From IMG/VR virus record IMGVR_UViG_3300007346_007557: a stretch of DNA of 64,000 bases. One strand, given 5' to 3'. Shown here piece by piece: positions 19,711 to 28,936 of this stretch; position 1 is the first letter of the stretch; each line of letters starts with the position of its first letter. The notes beneath the pieces are model-generated. The model was not told the origin of the DNA, did not search any database, and saw only the letters and a program-made list of their open reading frames with translations. This DNA is from an uncultured virus (IMG/VR IMGVR_UViG_3300007346_007557) (Duplodnaviria; Heunggongvirae; Uroviricota; Caudoviricetes). Position numbers and translations under genes: made by a program.

Positions 19711-20641
19711 AACTTACATATGCATCCAAATCTGGTTTTGTGTCGTGATCACTTCTTGGAATTGGAACCATTTTTTGATAATACGGACAGAAATATTCTT
19801 CTGCTGGATCTTTGTAACCTATACCGATTGTCATTTCTGGAAAAAAGCCAATTGCTTCCTTTATTAGATCAGGATAATTTACACACCGACATAATCCAGT
19901 ATATAAACCTTTATCTGCTGCACTATAAATTATAGTAGCAGTTGCAATTCCTACATCCATATAAAAATCCGTCATGCTATAATCATCACTAATTACTCTA
20001 GGTTTAAAGAATAATAAGTATGGAGCAAGCATTTGAGGGTTGTGTCTAGCCGTTTCACTTTTACTTGCAGCGCCAGCTCTATAAATTTTGTTACGTTTTT
20101 CTTCATTGTCGTTTCTGTATATCTCAATACTATAACGTGTGACACGCTGCTTGCTAGGTGAAAAATTATGCACATCACTAATAATATCTTTTATCATATC
20201 AATTGGCGGAACTGCGTCTGTCCAATTATAAGTGTTAACTCTTTGTTGTGCTGCACGATGCCATGTATTAGGCTGTTCAATCGGTCCTCTTTCAATAATA
20301 GTTTTTAAAGTATTTTTCAAATCACTAATTTGATTAGAAAAATCTTCTGAGCACATTAGTTGATTTTGTATAAAATCTACTATCCAATCGTATACTGCAA
20401 ATTCAACTTCGGTACTAACAATTTGTCTTTTGCCTCTTACCCAAAATTTGTTACCAATGTATATTGTATTAGTATTAGTGTTGTTTTCAACATCATGAAT
20501 AAATGCATCAATAATGTATCCTAAATCTCTAAAACATTTTTCTGGTTCTTGCGTTCGCTCAGGATGATGTTGTTTCATATAAGATACAGCATTGTTTAAT
20601 AAACGCTTTTTATTTTCTATTAGGATACTTAGATCACTCAT
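19703..20641 (-). CDS. Nitroreductase-family flavoprotein with an N-terminal helical domain carrying a KCFRDLGY motif
   Basis: C-terminal half: SPSKQ, APYLL, DVGIA..IIYSAADKGLYTG, IGIGY (nitroreductase pattern). N-terminal EKCFRDLGYIIDA resembles the phycobiliprotein C-x-R-D chromophore helix. Confidence 0.7.
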   Translation of the reverse strand: MSDLSILIENKKRLLNNAVSYMKQHHPERTQEPEKCFRDLGYIIDAFIHDVENNTNTNTIYIGNKFWVRGKRQIVSTEVEFAVYDWIVDFIQNQLMCSEDFSNQISDLKNTLKTIIERGPIEQPNTWHRAAQQRVNTYNWTDAVPPIDMIKDIISDVHNFSPSKQRVTRYSIEIYRNDNEEKRNKIYRAGAASKSETARHNPQMLAPYLLFFKPRVISDDYSMTDFYMDVGIATATIIYSAADKGLYTGLCRCVNYPDLIKEAIGFFPEMTIGIGYKDPAEEYFCPYYQKMVPIPRSDHDTKPDLDAYVSYV

Positions 20642-20642
20642 T

Positions 20643-20867
20643 TTAATTCTCCATTACCAATTTAACATCTTTACCAGGGCCTACTTTGCTTGGCAAATCT
20701 CCGTATTGTTCTACATACCATTCAATAACAGCTTTATACCAATTTTGACTATTATGGTGAGCTTTTTTATTAAACTGCCATATGTTATTGTTTGTTGCTT
20801 GCATTGTACTCAATGCTCTTGCACTTTCCGTTTGTAATTGTCTTACACTTAGATCATCTAATTCCAA
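20643..20867 (-). CDS. Small hypothetical protein (74 aa)
   Basis: Exactly fills the gap between two coupled minus-strand genes; ATG overlaps the end of the upstream gene. Confidence 0.7.
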   Translation of the reverse strand: MELDDLSVRQLQTESARALSTMQATNNNIWQFNKKAHHNSQNWYKAVIEWYVEQYGDLPSKVGPGKDVKLVMEN

Positions 20868-21900
20868 TTTTCATAAACCTTGTATATTTTCCTAAATTTA
20901 ATTCGCCTTCATATAAAGTTTGTGCCATAGGCGAATACTTGCTAAACTCTTCTAGTGTGTTGCAGCAATTAACATGCTCTGGTATTTCAAAATAATTATT
21001 ACCTTGCAAAATACAAATTGTTCCTTCTGGAATTTTATGATACCATACATGATAATTTTCAATGTGCTCGGTGCTTGTGTTTATAACGGTGTTAGGTGTT
21101 TCCCAGATTGTTTCTTGGGTTCCGTCAAATTTATTTACATCGTAAATATGTCCATCAAATCTAATATCATGTATATCTTGTATGCAATGTTTATATGTCC
21201 AATTGTTTAAAATATAAGGCTTGTTAATAATGTTTGCAATTTTTTCGCAAGACTCATCTACATCAAATGTTGTAATTTTATCAATTTTTAATTTTGCATC
21301 TAACATCATAGTTGCTAAAATACCATACCAGCCTGCACATAAAAAAACTATTCCTAAATCTAAATTTAATTTTTTAAGTTCATCTATAAGCCAGAGTTTA
21401 CTTTGTAATTGACCTCTACTTAAACAATCTTTATCAAACTCTATATCGTTTGTAATTAAATTTTTTAGTGCATTTACAAGAGTTGAATCTGAATATTCTG
21501 CAAGTAATCTAAACAAACTAAAAAGATTATCGTCTAAAACAAGTTTACGTATATCATCATTACCAGCACATTTAAAAATTGAATTTTCATCTTTTTCTAT
21601 AATAGCAAGTTTTAAACTATCGTTTCCTGCTAGTAATCTAAACAAACTATGAATATTTTGCTCAAGAATTGCTTTCCTTAAATCTTCAATATCGCCAATA
21701 ATTCTTTTGTTAGTTACAAGCCTAAATATACTATGCCAATTTTCTTCTAAAATAGCACGCCGTAACTCATCCTTTTCAACTAACTCAAATAAACTAGTGT
21801 AATCTTTATCTATGTATAATCTACGTAATTTACTAAAGCGAGAATCGTCAGCATGAATTAATTCAAATCTATCTAATATTTCAAAAATTTCCAGCATCAA
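20854..21900 (-). CDS. Methyltransferase-like protein with N-terminal helical repeats
   Basis: C-terminal Rossmann-type VFLCAGWYG..TTFDVD..VINTS.EH; N-terminal repeated LR.AILE.N..S(L/I)FRL units. Confidence 0.55.
   Translation of the reverse strand: MMLEIFEILDRFELIHADDSRFSKLRRLYIDKDYTSLFELVEKDELRRAILEENWHSIFRLVTNKRIIGDIEDLRKAILEQNIHSLFRLLAGNDSLKLAIIEKDENSIFKCAGNDDIRKLVLDDNLFSLFRLLAEYSDSTLVNALKNLITNDIEFDKDCLSRGQLQSKLWLIDELKKLNLDLGIVFLCAGWYGILATMMLDAKLKIDKITTFDVDESCEKIANIINKPYILNNWTYKHCIQDIHDIRFDGHIYDVNKFDGTQETIWETPNTVINTSTEHIENYHVWYHKIPEGTICILQGNNYFEIPEHVNCCNTLEEFSKYSPMAQTLYEGELNLGKYTRFMKIGIR
21503..21649. repeat. 18-nt direct repeat agtaatctaaacaaacta (21503-21520 and 21632-21649) within protein repeats
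   Basis: Exact repeat 129 nt (43 codons) apart, encoding SLFRLL twice. Confidence 0.85.
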
Positions 21901-22939
21901 ATTTTTCTTTCAACCAATCAAAATCATTTATCTTTTTAAGCTCGTCTGGTTTACCTTGATTTCTAGCACCATATGCTGCACCTGCTTTAGCACCAATAAT
22001 TGCATACTCTGCAAATTCTGCATCATCTTCTGTGTATGTGCACCAAGTTCTTAATCTACGATTTGTTTCTTGATCCTTTTGCCTATCAATTACTTTACTA
22101 CTTAATTTAGCACATTCTCTAAATGCACCTTTCCATGTTTCAAATGGACTAGTGTTAAATGCAGTAATGTTTGAAATTTTTTGCACAGCAACAAATTTAT
22201 TACTAATGCTTGTTGTCATATCAGGCTTGTTTACATCCATATCAAGCGTTTGTTGCCTTGGCAACAACTTAACACCGCCGTAACCATAAACTAATCCATT
22301 TACTGGATTTTGTGATCTCCATACGTGAACTGCATCTTTATTATGTGTTTCAGGAACAAAGGTGTCAAATTTAAAATAGTCTGTAAGTTGGGCATCGCCG
22401 TCGACAACAAAAAACATCTTAGATTGACACAATTTTGCTGCTTCAATATGCGCTTGGTGAATACCTTTTACTCCATGTACACGTTTTGCATGAGGTGCTT
22501 TTTCGAGAAGTTTTTCAAAATTTTCATCTGCATTAGGTTCTTTATAGCTAATAAACACAACATCATACTGATCAATTTTTGGCCTGCTTGCAACAACAGG
22601 AACAAACTTTTTATTAATGTAATATCTTGCTTGTAATTCGCCTGGCCCGTGATGACTATCTTTCGGCATTAAACACACGCCATCATAATATTCTTCTTTA
22701 TAATATAATCTTTCATTCAAAAATACATGTGTGTATTCTTTACTATACTCATCTACTTTGTAATCAAATTTCCAATCATCAACCAAATCAACGTCATTAT
22801 ACACAATCCATAAATGTTTTGTAAGTGCTTTTTGTTTTGCTTCTGGCACCGTTTCTACACAGCGAGCCATAGGAAATCTTTCTTTTAAGGCTTTGTAGCC
22901 ACTCCAATGTTTTTGACCTATAAAAAATATATCATACAT
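21881..22939 (-). CDS. Glycosyltransferase-like (GT-A) protein with a degenerate N-terminal duplicate domain
   Basis: DVVFISYKEPNA..RVHGVKG..FVVDGD (DxD-like). Start moved to ATG 22939 (MYDIFF), directly after a consensus promoter. Confidence 0.6.
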   Translation of the reverse strand: MYDIFFIGQKHWSGYKALKERFPMARCVETVPEAKQKALTKHLWIVYNDVDLVDDWKFDYKVDEYSKEYTHVFLNERLYYKEEYYDGVCLMPKDSHHGPGELQARYYINKKFVPVVASRPKIDQYDVVFISYKEPNADENFEKLLEKAPHAKRVHGVKGIHQAHIEAAKLCQSKMFFVVDGDAQLTDYFKFDTFVPETHNKDAVHVWRSQNPVNGLVYGYGGVKLLPRQQTLDMDVNKPDMTTSISNKFVAVQKISNITAFNTSPFETWKGAFRECAKLSSKVIDRQKDQETNRRLRTWCTYTEDDAEFAEYAIIGAKAGAAYGARNQGKPDELKKINDFDWLKEKFDAGNF

Positions 22940-22945
22940 ACTATA

Positions 22946-22974
22946 ATTATATGATAATATAACTAGCTTGTCAA
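22946..22974 (-). promoter_or_regulatory. Consensus sigma70 promoter, leaderless arrangement, heading the GT/radical SAM array
   Basis: Minus strand TTGACA-17 nt-TATAAT, then 6 nt, then ATG 22939. Confidence 0.8.
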
Positions 22975-22984
22975 GTTTAGAATT

Positions 22985-22992
22985 GATAAATA
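22985..22992 (+). promoter_or_regulatory. T4-type late promoter box
   Basis: GATAAATA upstream of 23012. Confidence 0.6.
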
Positions 22993-23011
22993 GTTTGTAC
23001 GGAGGATTACC

Positions 23012-24439
23012 ATGACAATTATACCAGGTGACGCATATAGAATTGATGTTGTAGGCGCTGATGAACAAGTTATCGTTGACAGCTGGACAAGCCAAGTTAA
23101 AGGCAATGTTGTAACACGTGACGGTGTTTTACAAGTTGACACAACAAACGGAAAAATATATGGTCCATTAGTAGGAGATATTGAAGATATTTCCGGTAAC
23201 ACTATCTTTAATAACGATCTACGTTTATTTACTACTGATATTAAAGGTGATGTACGTAACACAAATGGTAATATTGTTTTAAACAGCGAACAAGCACTAC
23301 TGGTAGGCAACATGCAAGGTAATATGTATGACAGCGAAGGTGTTGTCATGATTAACCATACTACAAAATCAATAGATGCAACAACAATTGTAGCTGATAG
23401 TATTACTGGTACGTTTTACGGAACTCTTAACACAACAGGTACAATTAGAGGTAACTTAATTGGTAATGTTGTTGGCGATGTTACTGGAGAAGTTACTGGA
23501 AATACAACCGGACATCACTTTGGTAATGTAGACGGTAATGTTACGGGTGATGTTACTGGTAACGTTACCGGAGATTTGTACGGACAAATTATGGCTGTAC
23601 AAAGAGATGAAACAGATCCAACCGTACTGATTGCTTACAACGAACATGCAGCTCATAGACAATGGGAAATGAGAGGCGGTATTTCTCATATTGATAATGC
23701 TGGAAAGGGACCTATTTTAGGAATTGGTGCTACACGCACAGATGCATATTTAAAAGCCGATATAGTTGCATATGATGGCACTCCACAGCTAACTTTAACA
23801 CCAACAGAAGACTACGGTCTAGAAGCAGACATTGTAAAAAGTAATTACTTTGGTGCTGTACAAGGCAGGCTAATGGATGGAACAACTGACATTATGACAT
23901 GGGTTGGTAGCACAACTTCGATATATGCTAATAACGGTGTACTACAACTTGGTATGGATTACACAAGTGATATTGAGTTTAATGCAGAAAGTATTGTTAA
24001 AAACTTCAATATATCTGACGGAGATGCAACTGAATTAGTCAACGCTTTTAGAGGAACACCAGAAGCAAAAACAGCATTACAAACATCAGATCCAATGCTT
24101 ATGGTTGCAGCTCTTGGTTATAATGGTGCAGGATTTGTTGATGCAGGACATTTTGGATTCTTTGTTGACAGAAACACTGCTCCTACTTCAACTGATAGTA
24201 GTGTAAAAACAGGGTTTAGTGTTGCACTAGGAACAGGATCTGCAACTCCTATAGCAAATCAAAGCATGAATTTAGAATTTAATAGTGCAGGTGTTTTAGA
24301 AGTTCCTGTTTTTAAAGCCCGTGGTACAAATTTTGCAGCAAGAGATAGTATGACTGCTGAAGCAGGAATGATTATTTTCAATACAAGTAATAATAAATTC
24401 CAAGGATACACAGGTTCTGCGTGGGTTGACTTACACTAA
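23012..24439 (+). CDS. Virion structural/fibre-like protein
   Basis: G(N/D)V(T/V) tetrapeptide repeats; C-terminal ARD..AGMIIFNTSNNKFQGYTGSAW fibre-type motif; GGAGG RBS and GATAAATA box upstream. Confidence 0.65.
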   Translation: MTIIPGDAYRIDVVGADEQVIVDSWTSQVKGNVVTRDGVLQVDTTNGKIYGPLVGDIEDISGNTIFNNDLRLFTTDIKGDVRNTNGNIVLNSEQALLVGNMQGNMYDSEGVVMINHTTKSIDATTIVADSITGTFYGTLNTTGTIRGNLIGNVVGDVTGEVTGNTTGHHFGNVDGNVTGDVTGNVTGDLYGQIMAVQRDETDPTVLIAYNEHAAHRQWEMRGGISHIDNAGKGPILGIGATRTDAYLKADIVAYDGTPQLTLTPTEDYGLEADIVKSNYFGAVQGRLMDGTTDIMTWVGSTTSIYANNGVLQLGMDYTSDIEFNAESIVKNFNISDGDATELVNAFRGTPEAKTALQTSDPMLMVAALGYNGAGFVDAGHFGFFVDRNTAPTSTDSSVKTGFSVALGTGSATPIANQSMNLEFNSAGVLEVPVFKARGTNFAARDSMTAEAGMIIFNTSNNKFQGYTGSAWVDLH

Positions 24440-24453
24440 AATTGTGTTATAAT
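24426..24453 (+). promoter_or_regulatory. sigma70-type promoter, leaderless arrangement, for the AMP ligase
   Basis: TTGACT-16 nt-TATAAT with TGn extension; ATG 5 nt after the -10. Confidence 0.65.
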
Positions 24454-24458
24454 AAAGC

Positions 24459-25520
24459 ATGAAAATTTACATAGATGGTGAACAAATCTCTGAACAATGG
24501 ATTAGCGATTATACACTGAGCAATCCTGTAGATTGTTTTAGTGATAAGCCTGACTGGGAACAGAATGTATTAAAACTACTACACAACTGGTACTGGCAAA
24601 GTGGATATAGTTATGGCTATAGAGGCGATAAATTTTTAAATCTAAGTACAAGTGGCACTACAGGATTTCCACAACATATCGGTCATAGTAAAGAAACTAT
24701 TGAGCAAGCAGTAAATGCAAATATAAAAATTTTAAATTTAGAAAAAAATAGTAAAATACTTAGTTACTATTCACCTCGTGGTATTGCATTCAGTGTATTA
24801 AGTGTATATCTTGCTCTTAAATTAAATTGTGAACTTTACATTGAAACTTTTAAAGGAATTGATTATGTAAATCGTATACATGATATCCGTCCTACACATA
24901 CGCTGTTGTTACCTAATGTTTGGAAAACTTTATACAAACACAAAAAATGGCAGACATTAGATTACAGCAGTGTAAACACACTTATTACAGGAAGTGATTT
25001 TACACCAATAGGAATGCTAGACGAATTACGTGAACATGGCCCAAATAAAGTTTACAATGTGTATGGTAGCACAGAAGTACCTCCTATTGTTTTATACAGC
25101 GAAGAAGAAAATACTTATACAGCAGAAAGTATTGCACCAGGTGCAGAACTAGATATTGTAAATAATCAAATATGCTGTAAATGGAGTAGTCAACCTAATA
25201 TATGGGTAAGTGGTGATTGTGTACAAGGTGATAGAAATCGTTTTACACTTAACGGACGAATGCCAAATATGTTTAAGCAAGATACAATTAGAGTGTATCC
25301 AGAACAAATAGAAAAAGCAGCAGTAGCAGCAGGCGCAGAACTTGCATTATGTCGGCAAGTAGGAAATCAATGCGTGGTCCATTACACCGGACATATAAAA
25401 TATATGGCGGAATTTGTAGAAGAATTTAGATATATTCCTCGCTTTAGATTGCGAGCAGTAAATGAAATAAAAATTGACGATAACTTGAAAAAGATTATAA
25501 GGACACAAACTTTTGTATAG
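24459..25520 (+). CDS. Compact AMP-dependent synthetase/ligase (ANL superfamily)
   Basis: STSGTTGFPQ P-loop, YGSTE, SGD, GR..MFK..RVYPEQIE, C-terminal KKIIR. Confidence 0.8.
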   Translation: MKIYIDGEQISEQWISDYTLSNPVDCFSDKPDWEQNVLKLLHNWYWQSGYSYGYRGDKFLNLSTSGTTGFPQHIGHSKETIEQAVNANIKILNLEKNSKILSYYSPRGIAFSVLSVYLALKLNCELYIETFKGIDYVNRIHDIRPTHTLLLPNVWKTLYKHKKWQTLDYSSVNTLITGSDFTPIGMLDELREHGPNKVYNVYGSTEVPPIVLYSEEENTYTAESIAPGAELDIVNNQICCKWSSQPNIWVSGDCVQGDRNRFTLNGRMPNMFKQDTIRVYPEQIEKAAVAAGAELALCRQVGNQCVVHYTGHIKYMAEFVEEFRYIPRFRLRAVNEIKIDDNLKKIIRTQTFV

Positions 25521-26127
25521 ACTAGAAATATACAACGGCACACAGGATTTGACAGAGTTTTATGCTGGCGCAGAAGCAAAAGGTTTTTACAATAATCATA
25601 ATAAAACGGTACTTATTGACTACATTGACAAACACGAAGATGCTACACTATTTTTAATGTATTACAAAGATAAAGTAGTTGGAACAAGTATAAGTCATAG
25701 TCTACGACAATTGGGTATATTAGGAAAAAACGCACATCGTATTAGTGCAAGGACCTGCGTATTAAATGATTTAATCGATGGCAATCGTGCTCATGCTGTG
25801 CATAACTATCGACACTCGCCAATGAATCATTGGACTAGTCAAATGCTGACTCCAGTTTGTATGCATTACGTAGGATTAGAAAAACCTATGTATATTAGCA
25901 CAAACACAAACGAAGTTGGAAGCCAAAACAAAGTACATCGCATTTGGGCTAAAATAATGCACAATCAAGGATATTTAAAAGACCCTATTGAACTAGAATA
26001 CAAAGGCACTTTCCAAACATTTTGGCGTGTAGATGTAGATTTTTATATTAAAAAACTAAAAGAAAATATGTGGCCTGAAACAGAACTTGCACTAAACGTA
26101 TTTCTTGCAGAGTTCAAAAAAGTCTGA
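25513..26127 (+). CDS. Hypothetical protein, possible GNAT-fold acyltransferase
   Basis: TTG start overlaps the ligase stop; LFLMYYKDKVVG..RISARTCVL hairpin-like pattern is GNAT-like but weak. Confidence 0.4.
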   Translation: MYRLEIYNGTQDLTEFYAGAEAKGFYNNHNKTVLIDYIDKHEDATLFLMYYKDKVVGTSISHSLRQLGILGKNAHRISARTCVLNDLIDGNRAHAVHNYRHSPMNHWTSQMLTPVCMHYVGLEKPMYISTNTNEVGSQNKVHRIWAKIMHNQGYLKDPIELEYKGTFQTFWRVDVDFYIKKLKENMWPETELALNVFLAEFKKV

Positions 26128-27465
26128 CATTTCTGGAAACACTTCTTCGTGATTGACTCCACGTCTACGACCTTGTTCTGCAAAAAAGTTGTGAAAGTCT
26201 TTACGTCCTTGAATAATTTTATCTAATGGATATTCAGTTGTTTCCATATAGTCAACAACACGTCTAAACTTTTCATACTCAATTGTACTAAATGCATCTT
26301 TACGATTATCATCTACATTTTCTTTTATAAATTGCAAATGATCACGCATATAACTCATGTAGTTATTAGGCAAAATGTTAATATCATATTGTAACGGCTC
26401 TTTAAGATGTGGTGTATCAAAACCTAACCGCTGCCATCTGTGTGTTTCTACATCATTATATTTTTTACGCCATTCTAATATTTTTTCTAGTAGTGTGCGA
26501 AATGTTGTTACACTGAAAATGTTGAACGTAATCATTAGTACCATTGGTGCTTGACAATTACGCATAAAATAATCCAAGTTACGTTCAAACACTTCAATGT
26601 CTAATCCGTCTCGTATGTATTCTGCACGTTTGCCCCAAGTGTCAATACTAGTAAACATTTTAAAGCGTCTAATCTTGTTGTTTGTTAACAAATCATTTAC
26701 ACGGTTTGTAAACTTTTCTAACTGCTTTGGTTTTCCACCTAAATTGCTGTTGCAATTAAGCTCTAAGTCAGGCTTAGGATCAGCATCAAGCATATCAAAC
26801 AACCGGTATGTGCTTTGTTGTATAGTAGGTTCTCCACCAGTAATACGCAGTATGTGCAGTTCTTTACTAAGCTCGGGCCACCATCGCCAAAATGCATCTA
26901 AATAAGGATTGTTTTCTTCTTCAAATATTTGAAACCAATCAATATCACATCTGTGATTTTTTACATTTGTGTACGGGCCATGTTGTTTAATTTCTTGATA
27001 GTATCTGCTGCTGGCTTTAGGATGACAATAACCGCAACGGAAGTTACACTCGTTGCCAAATGATACTTCTAAGTATTCTGGATTTACGTCAAACTCTGCA
27101 CCGCCTTCTTTTACTGCTGCTAATCTATGTTTGAAGAAAATAGTTTGGTTACGCTGTTTCCTATCACTAACATAATCTTTGCCAAGTGCTTCAATTTTCC
27201 AGCAATAGTTGCAACCACTAGGCTGTTCGCCACGCATCATAGCAGCACGTTCTTGTTTCTTTTGTGCTGTGTTGTGTATTGCACTTGGATTTTCTAATAA
27301 TGGTGCTGTGTCAATTTTATGGGGAGCAGGATGATAACAACTATGTGTTTCACCTGTTTGAAAATATATGTTGGCATGATACCATTTTGCAAAACAAAAC
27401 GTTGGTGATATTTCTTGTGTTATACCATCGATGCGTTTAATTTCTTCGCTTTCGCTACGCTCCAT
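26092..27465 (-). CDS. Radical SAM protein with N-terminal Twitch-like domain
   Basis: FCFAKW..GETHSC..GCNYCW; CNFRCGYC; TGGEP; NSN; SIDTW. Confidence 0.92.
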   Translation of the reverse strand: MERSESEEIKRIDGITQEISPTFCFAKWYHANIYFQTGETHSCYHPAPHKIDTAPLLENPSAIHNTAQKKQERAAMMRGEQPSGCNYCWKIEALGKDYVSDRKQRNQTIFFKHRLAAVKEGGAEFDVNPEYLEVSFGNECNFRCGYCHPKASSRYYQEIKQHGPYTNVKNHRCDIDWFQIFEEENNPYLDAFWRWWPELSKELHILRITGGEPTIQQSTYRLFDMLDADPKPDLELNCNSNLGGKPKQLEKFTNRVNDLLTNNKIRRFKMFTSIDTWGKRAEYIRDGLDIEVFERNLDYFMRNCQAPMVLMITFNIFSVTTFRTLLEKILEWRKKYNDVETHRWQRLGFDTPHLKEPLQYDINILPNNYMSYMRDHLQFIKENVDDNRKDAFSTIEYEKFRRVVDYMETTEYPLDKIIQGRKDFHNFFAEQGRRRGVNHEEVFPEMSDFFELCKKYV

Positions 27466-28391
27466 TATTGCTCTCTATCTAAAAAGTTTTGACCTTTTGA
27501 TCTATCTGGATTAATATATACCGTTTTGAAGAAACGACTTTGATTACCATTTAATGGCTCAGCTGCAATTGGCAAATCAAGTTCTTCAATCAAACTATAA
27601 CCAAGCGATAATGTATTATCTTCCATTTCGTCTTCGTTGAGATCTTTGCTATTCCAATATTCATTTAACCATTCAAAGTCACGTACATTAACAAAATCCC
27701 AATCAGTACACATTGTTTTGTACAATCCTTCACGTGCGCCGTAGATAGCCCAATCGCCGTTTTCTACATCAGCACCAACCATTAACCACACATACAGACG
27801 ATGTAAATTTTTCCAATGATTTAATCTAAAATTTTCTAGTGTTGGACGTATACCTCTGTCCAATGCCATTTTTACACCTTCGCGGAAACCTGCCCGCCAC
27901 GCTTGTTGGGGTGTAGCGTTATTATAAATTGTGCTAAATGCACCTTCCATTTGTACATATTCTGTATCCCAACAAAAGTCAACTTGTGCATGTGGATTAT
28001 CAGGATCTGCATTTTCGTGTGTACGCATATTTAAAACATGCATTTTAGGCCAACATTTAAGTCCGCCGTTTCCATACATTAATCCATTAATTTTGTTTTT
28101 TGCTTTCCAACTAATAACTTTGTTACTTAAATCAGCATTAACATCAAAATTAATAACTTGTTGTAAAAACTCATCATTAATTTTATTGTCACCATCGACG
28201 GTTATAAATCTATCAGTTTCGCTTAATTCTGCACATGCTTTATGTGCAGCATCACTACCTTTTACACCGTGAACACGTTTTGCCCACGGAACTTTTCTAC
28301 ATAAATCAGAATAATTTTCTTCTGCATTAGGTTCATCATAACTTAAATAAATGATATCATAATCAACAACTCTAAAAACATTATCCATCAA
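27465..28391 (-). CDS. Glycosyltransferase-like (GT-A) protein; paralog of 21881..22939
   Basis: YDIIYLSYDEPNAEEN..AKRVHGVKG..AH..TVDGD..NGLMYGNGGLK..W.AGFRE. Confidence 0.6.
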   Translation of the reverse strand: MMDNVFRVVDYDIIYLSYDEPNAEENYSDLCRKVPWAKRVHGVKGSDAAHKACAELSETDRFITVDGDNKINDEFLQQVINFDVNADLSNKVISWKAKNKINGLMYGNGGLKCWPKMHVLNMRTHENADPDNPHAQVDFCWDTEYVQMEGAFSTIYNNATPQQAWRAGFREGVKMALDRGIRPTLENFRLNHWKNLHRLYVWLMVGADVENGDWAIYGAREGLYKTMCTDWDFVNVRDFEWLNEYWNSKDLNEDEMEDNTLSLGYSLIEELDLPIAAEPLNGNQSRFFKTVYINPDRSKGQNFLDREQ

Positions 28392-28935
28392 CTACCTCAT
28401 ATCCATAAGAATGAAACTTTTTAGTAGTATAGATTGAAAATGGGTTATCGTCAAGTTCAAAATCGTATGCAAACGGAATAGTTTTTGTTTCAAATTGTAT
28501 CATTCTATATAGAATATTAGGATCACCTTTTTTTGTTATACTATAAAAGTGTTTACTTGTATCAACAGGTATATTTTTTTCAAGCATTTGTGTTTCAAAT
28601 TCTTTATCAATCTCTAATACCCATTGATAATTTGATTTATCTTGAATAATTTTTATTTGAGGATTTTCGACATTTGTTTCAATTTCAAACAAAAAAGAAT
28701 TAACATGACTTTCTTCTTGTAATTGTGTTTGATTTTTTAACACAAACTTTTTTTCTAAAAAATCATATTGTACTTTATGACTTGCAAATGAATATTTTCC
28801 TGAAAGTAAATCTTTTACGTCATCAATGTTTACTTCTATAGTATTTGAATCTTGCACAATTTTTTTACCAATTGATAAAATATTGCCATCGTTATCAAAA
28901 GATATCATTCTAGTTTTTTTAACTTTTAAGTCCAT
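28381..28935 (-). CDS. Hypothetical protein
   Basis: Coupled ORF in the operon; no recognised motif. Confidence 0.7.
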   Translation of the reverse strand: MDLKVKKTRMISFDNDGNILSIGKKIVQDSNTIEVNIDDVKDLLSGKYSFASHKVQYDFLEKKFVLKNQTQLQEESHVNSFLFEIETNVENPQIKIIQDKSNYQWVLEIDKEFETQMLEKNIPVDTSKHFYSITKKGDPNILYRMIQFETKTIPFAYDFELDDNPFSIYTTKKFHSYGYEVVDG

Positions 28936-28936
28936 G

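Noticed and set aside
218..20867. Classical RiPP (ranthipeptide, lasso peptide, PQQ, mycofactocin) cluster
   Set aside because: No recognisable RRE/PqqD, leader peptidase, exporter or Cys-rich precursor; kept only as a weak alternative.
22940..23095. N-terminal extension of the 404-aa ORF in the track
   Set aside because: It overlaps the divergent gene and promoters; ATG 22939 follows a consensus promoter.
23450..23580. Short tandem DNA repeats suggesting a CRISPR array or VNTR
   Set aside because: They are degenerate codons for G(N/D)V(T/V) peptide repeats inside a CDS, with no spacer structure.
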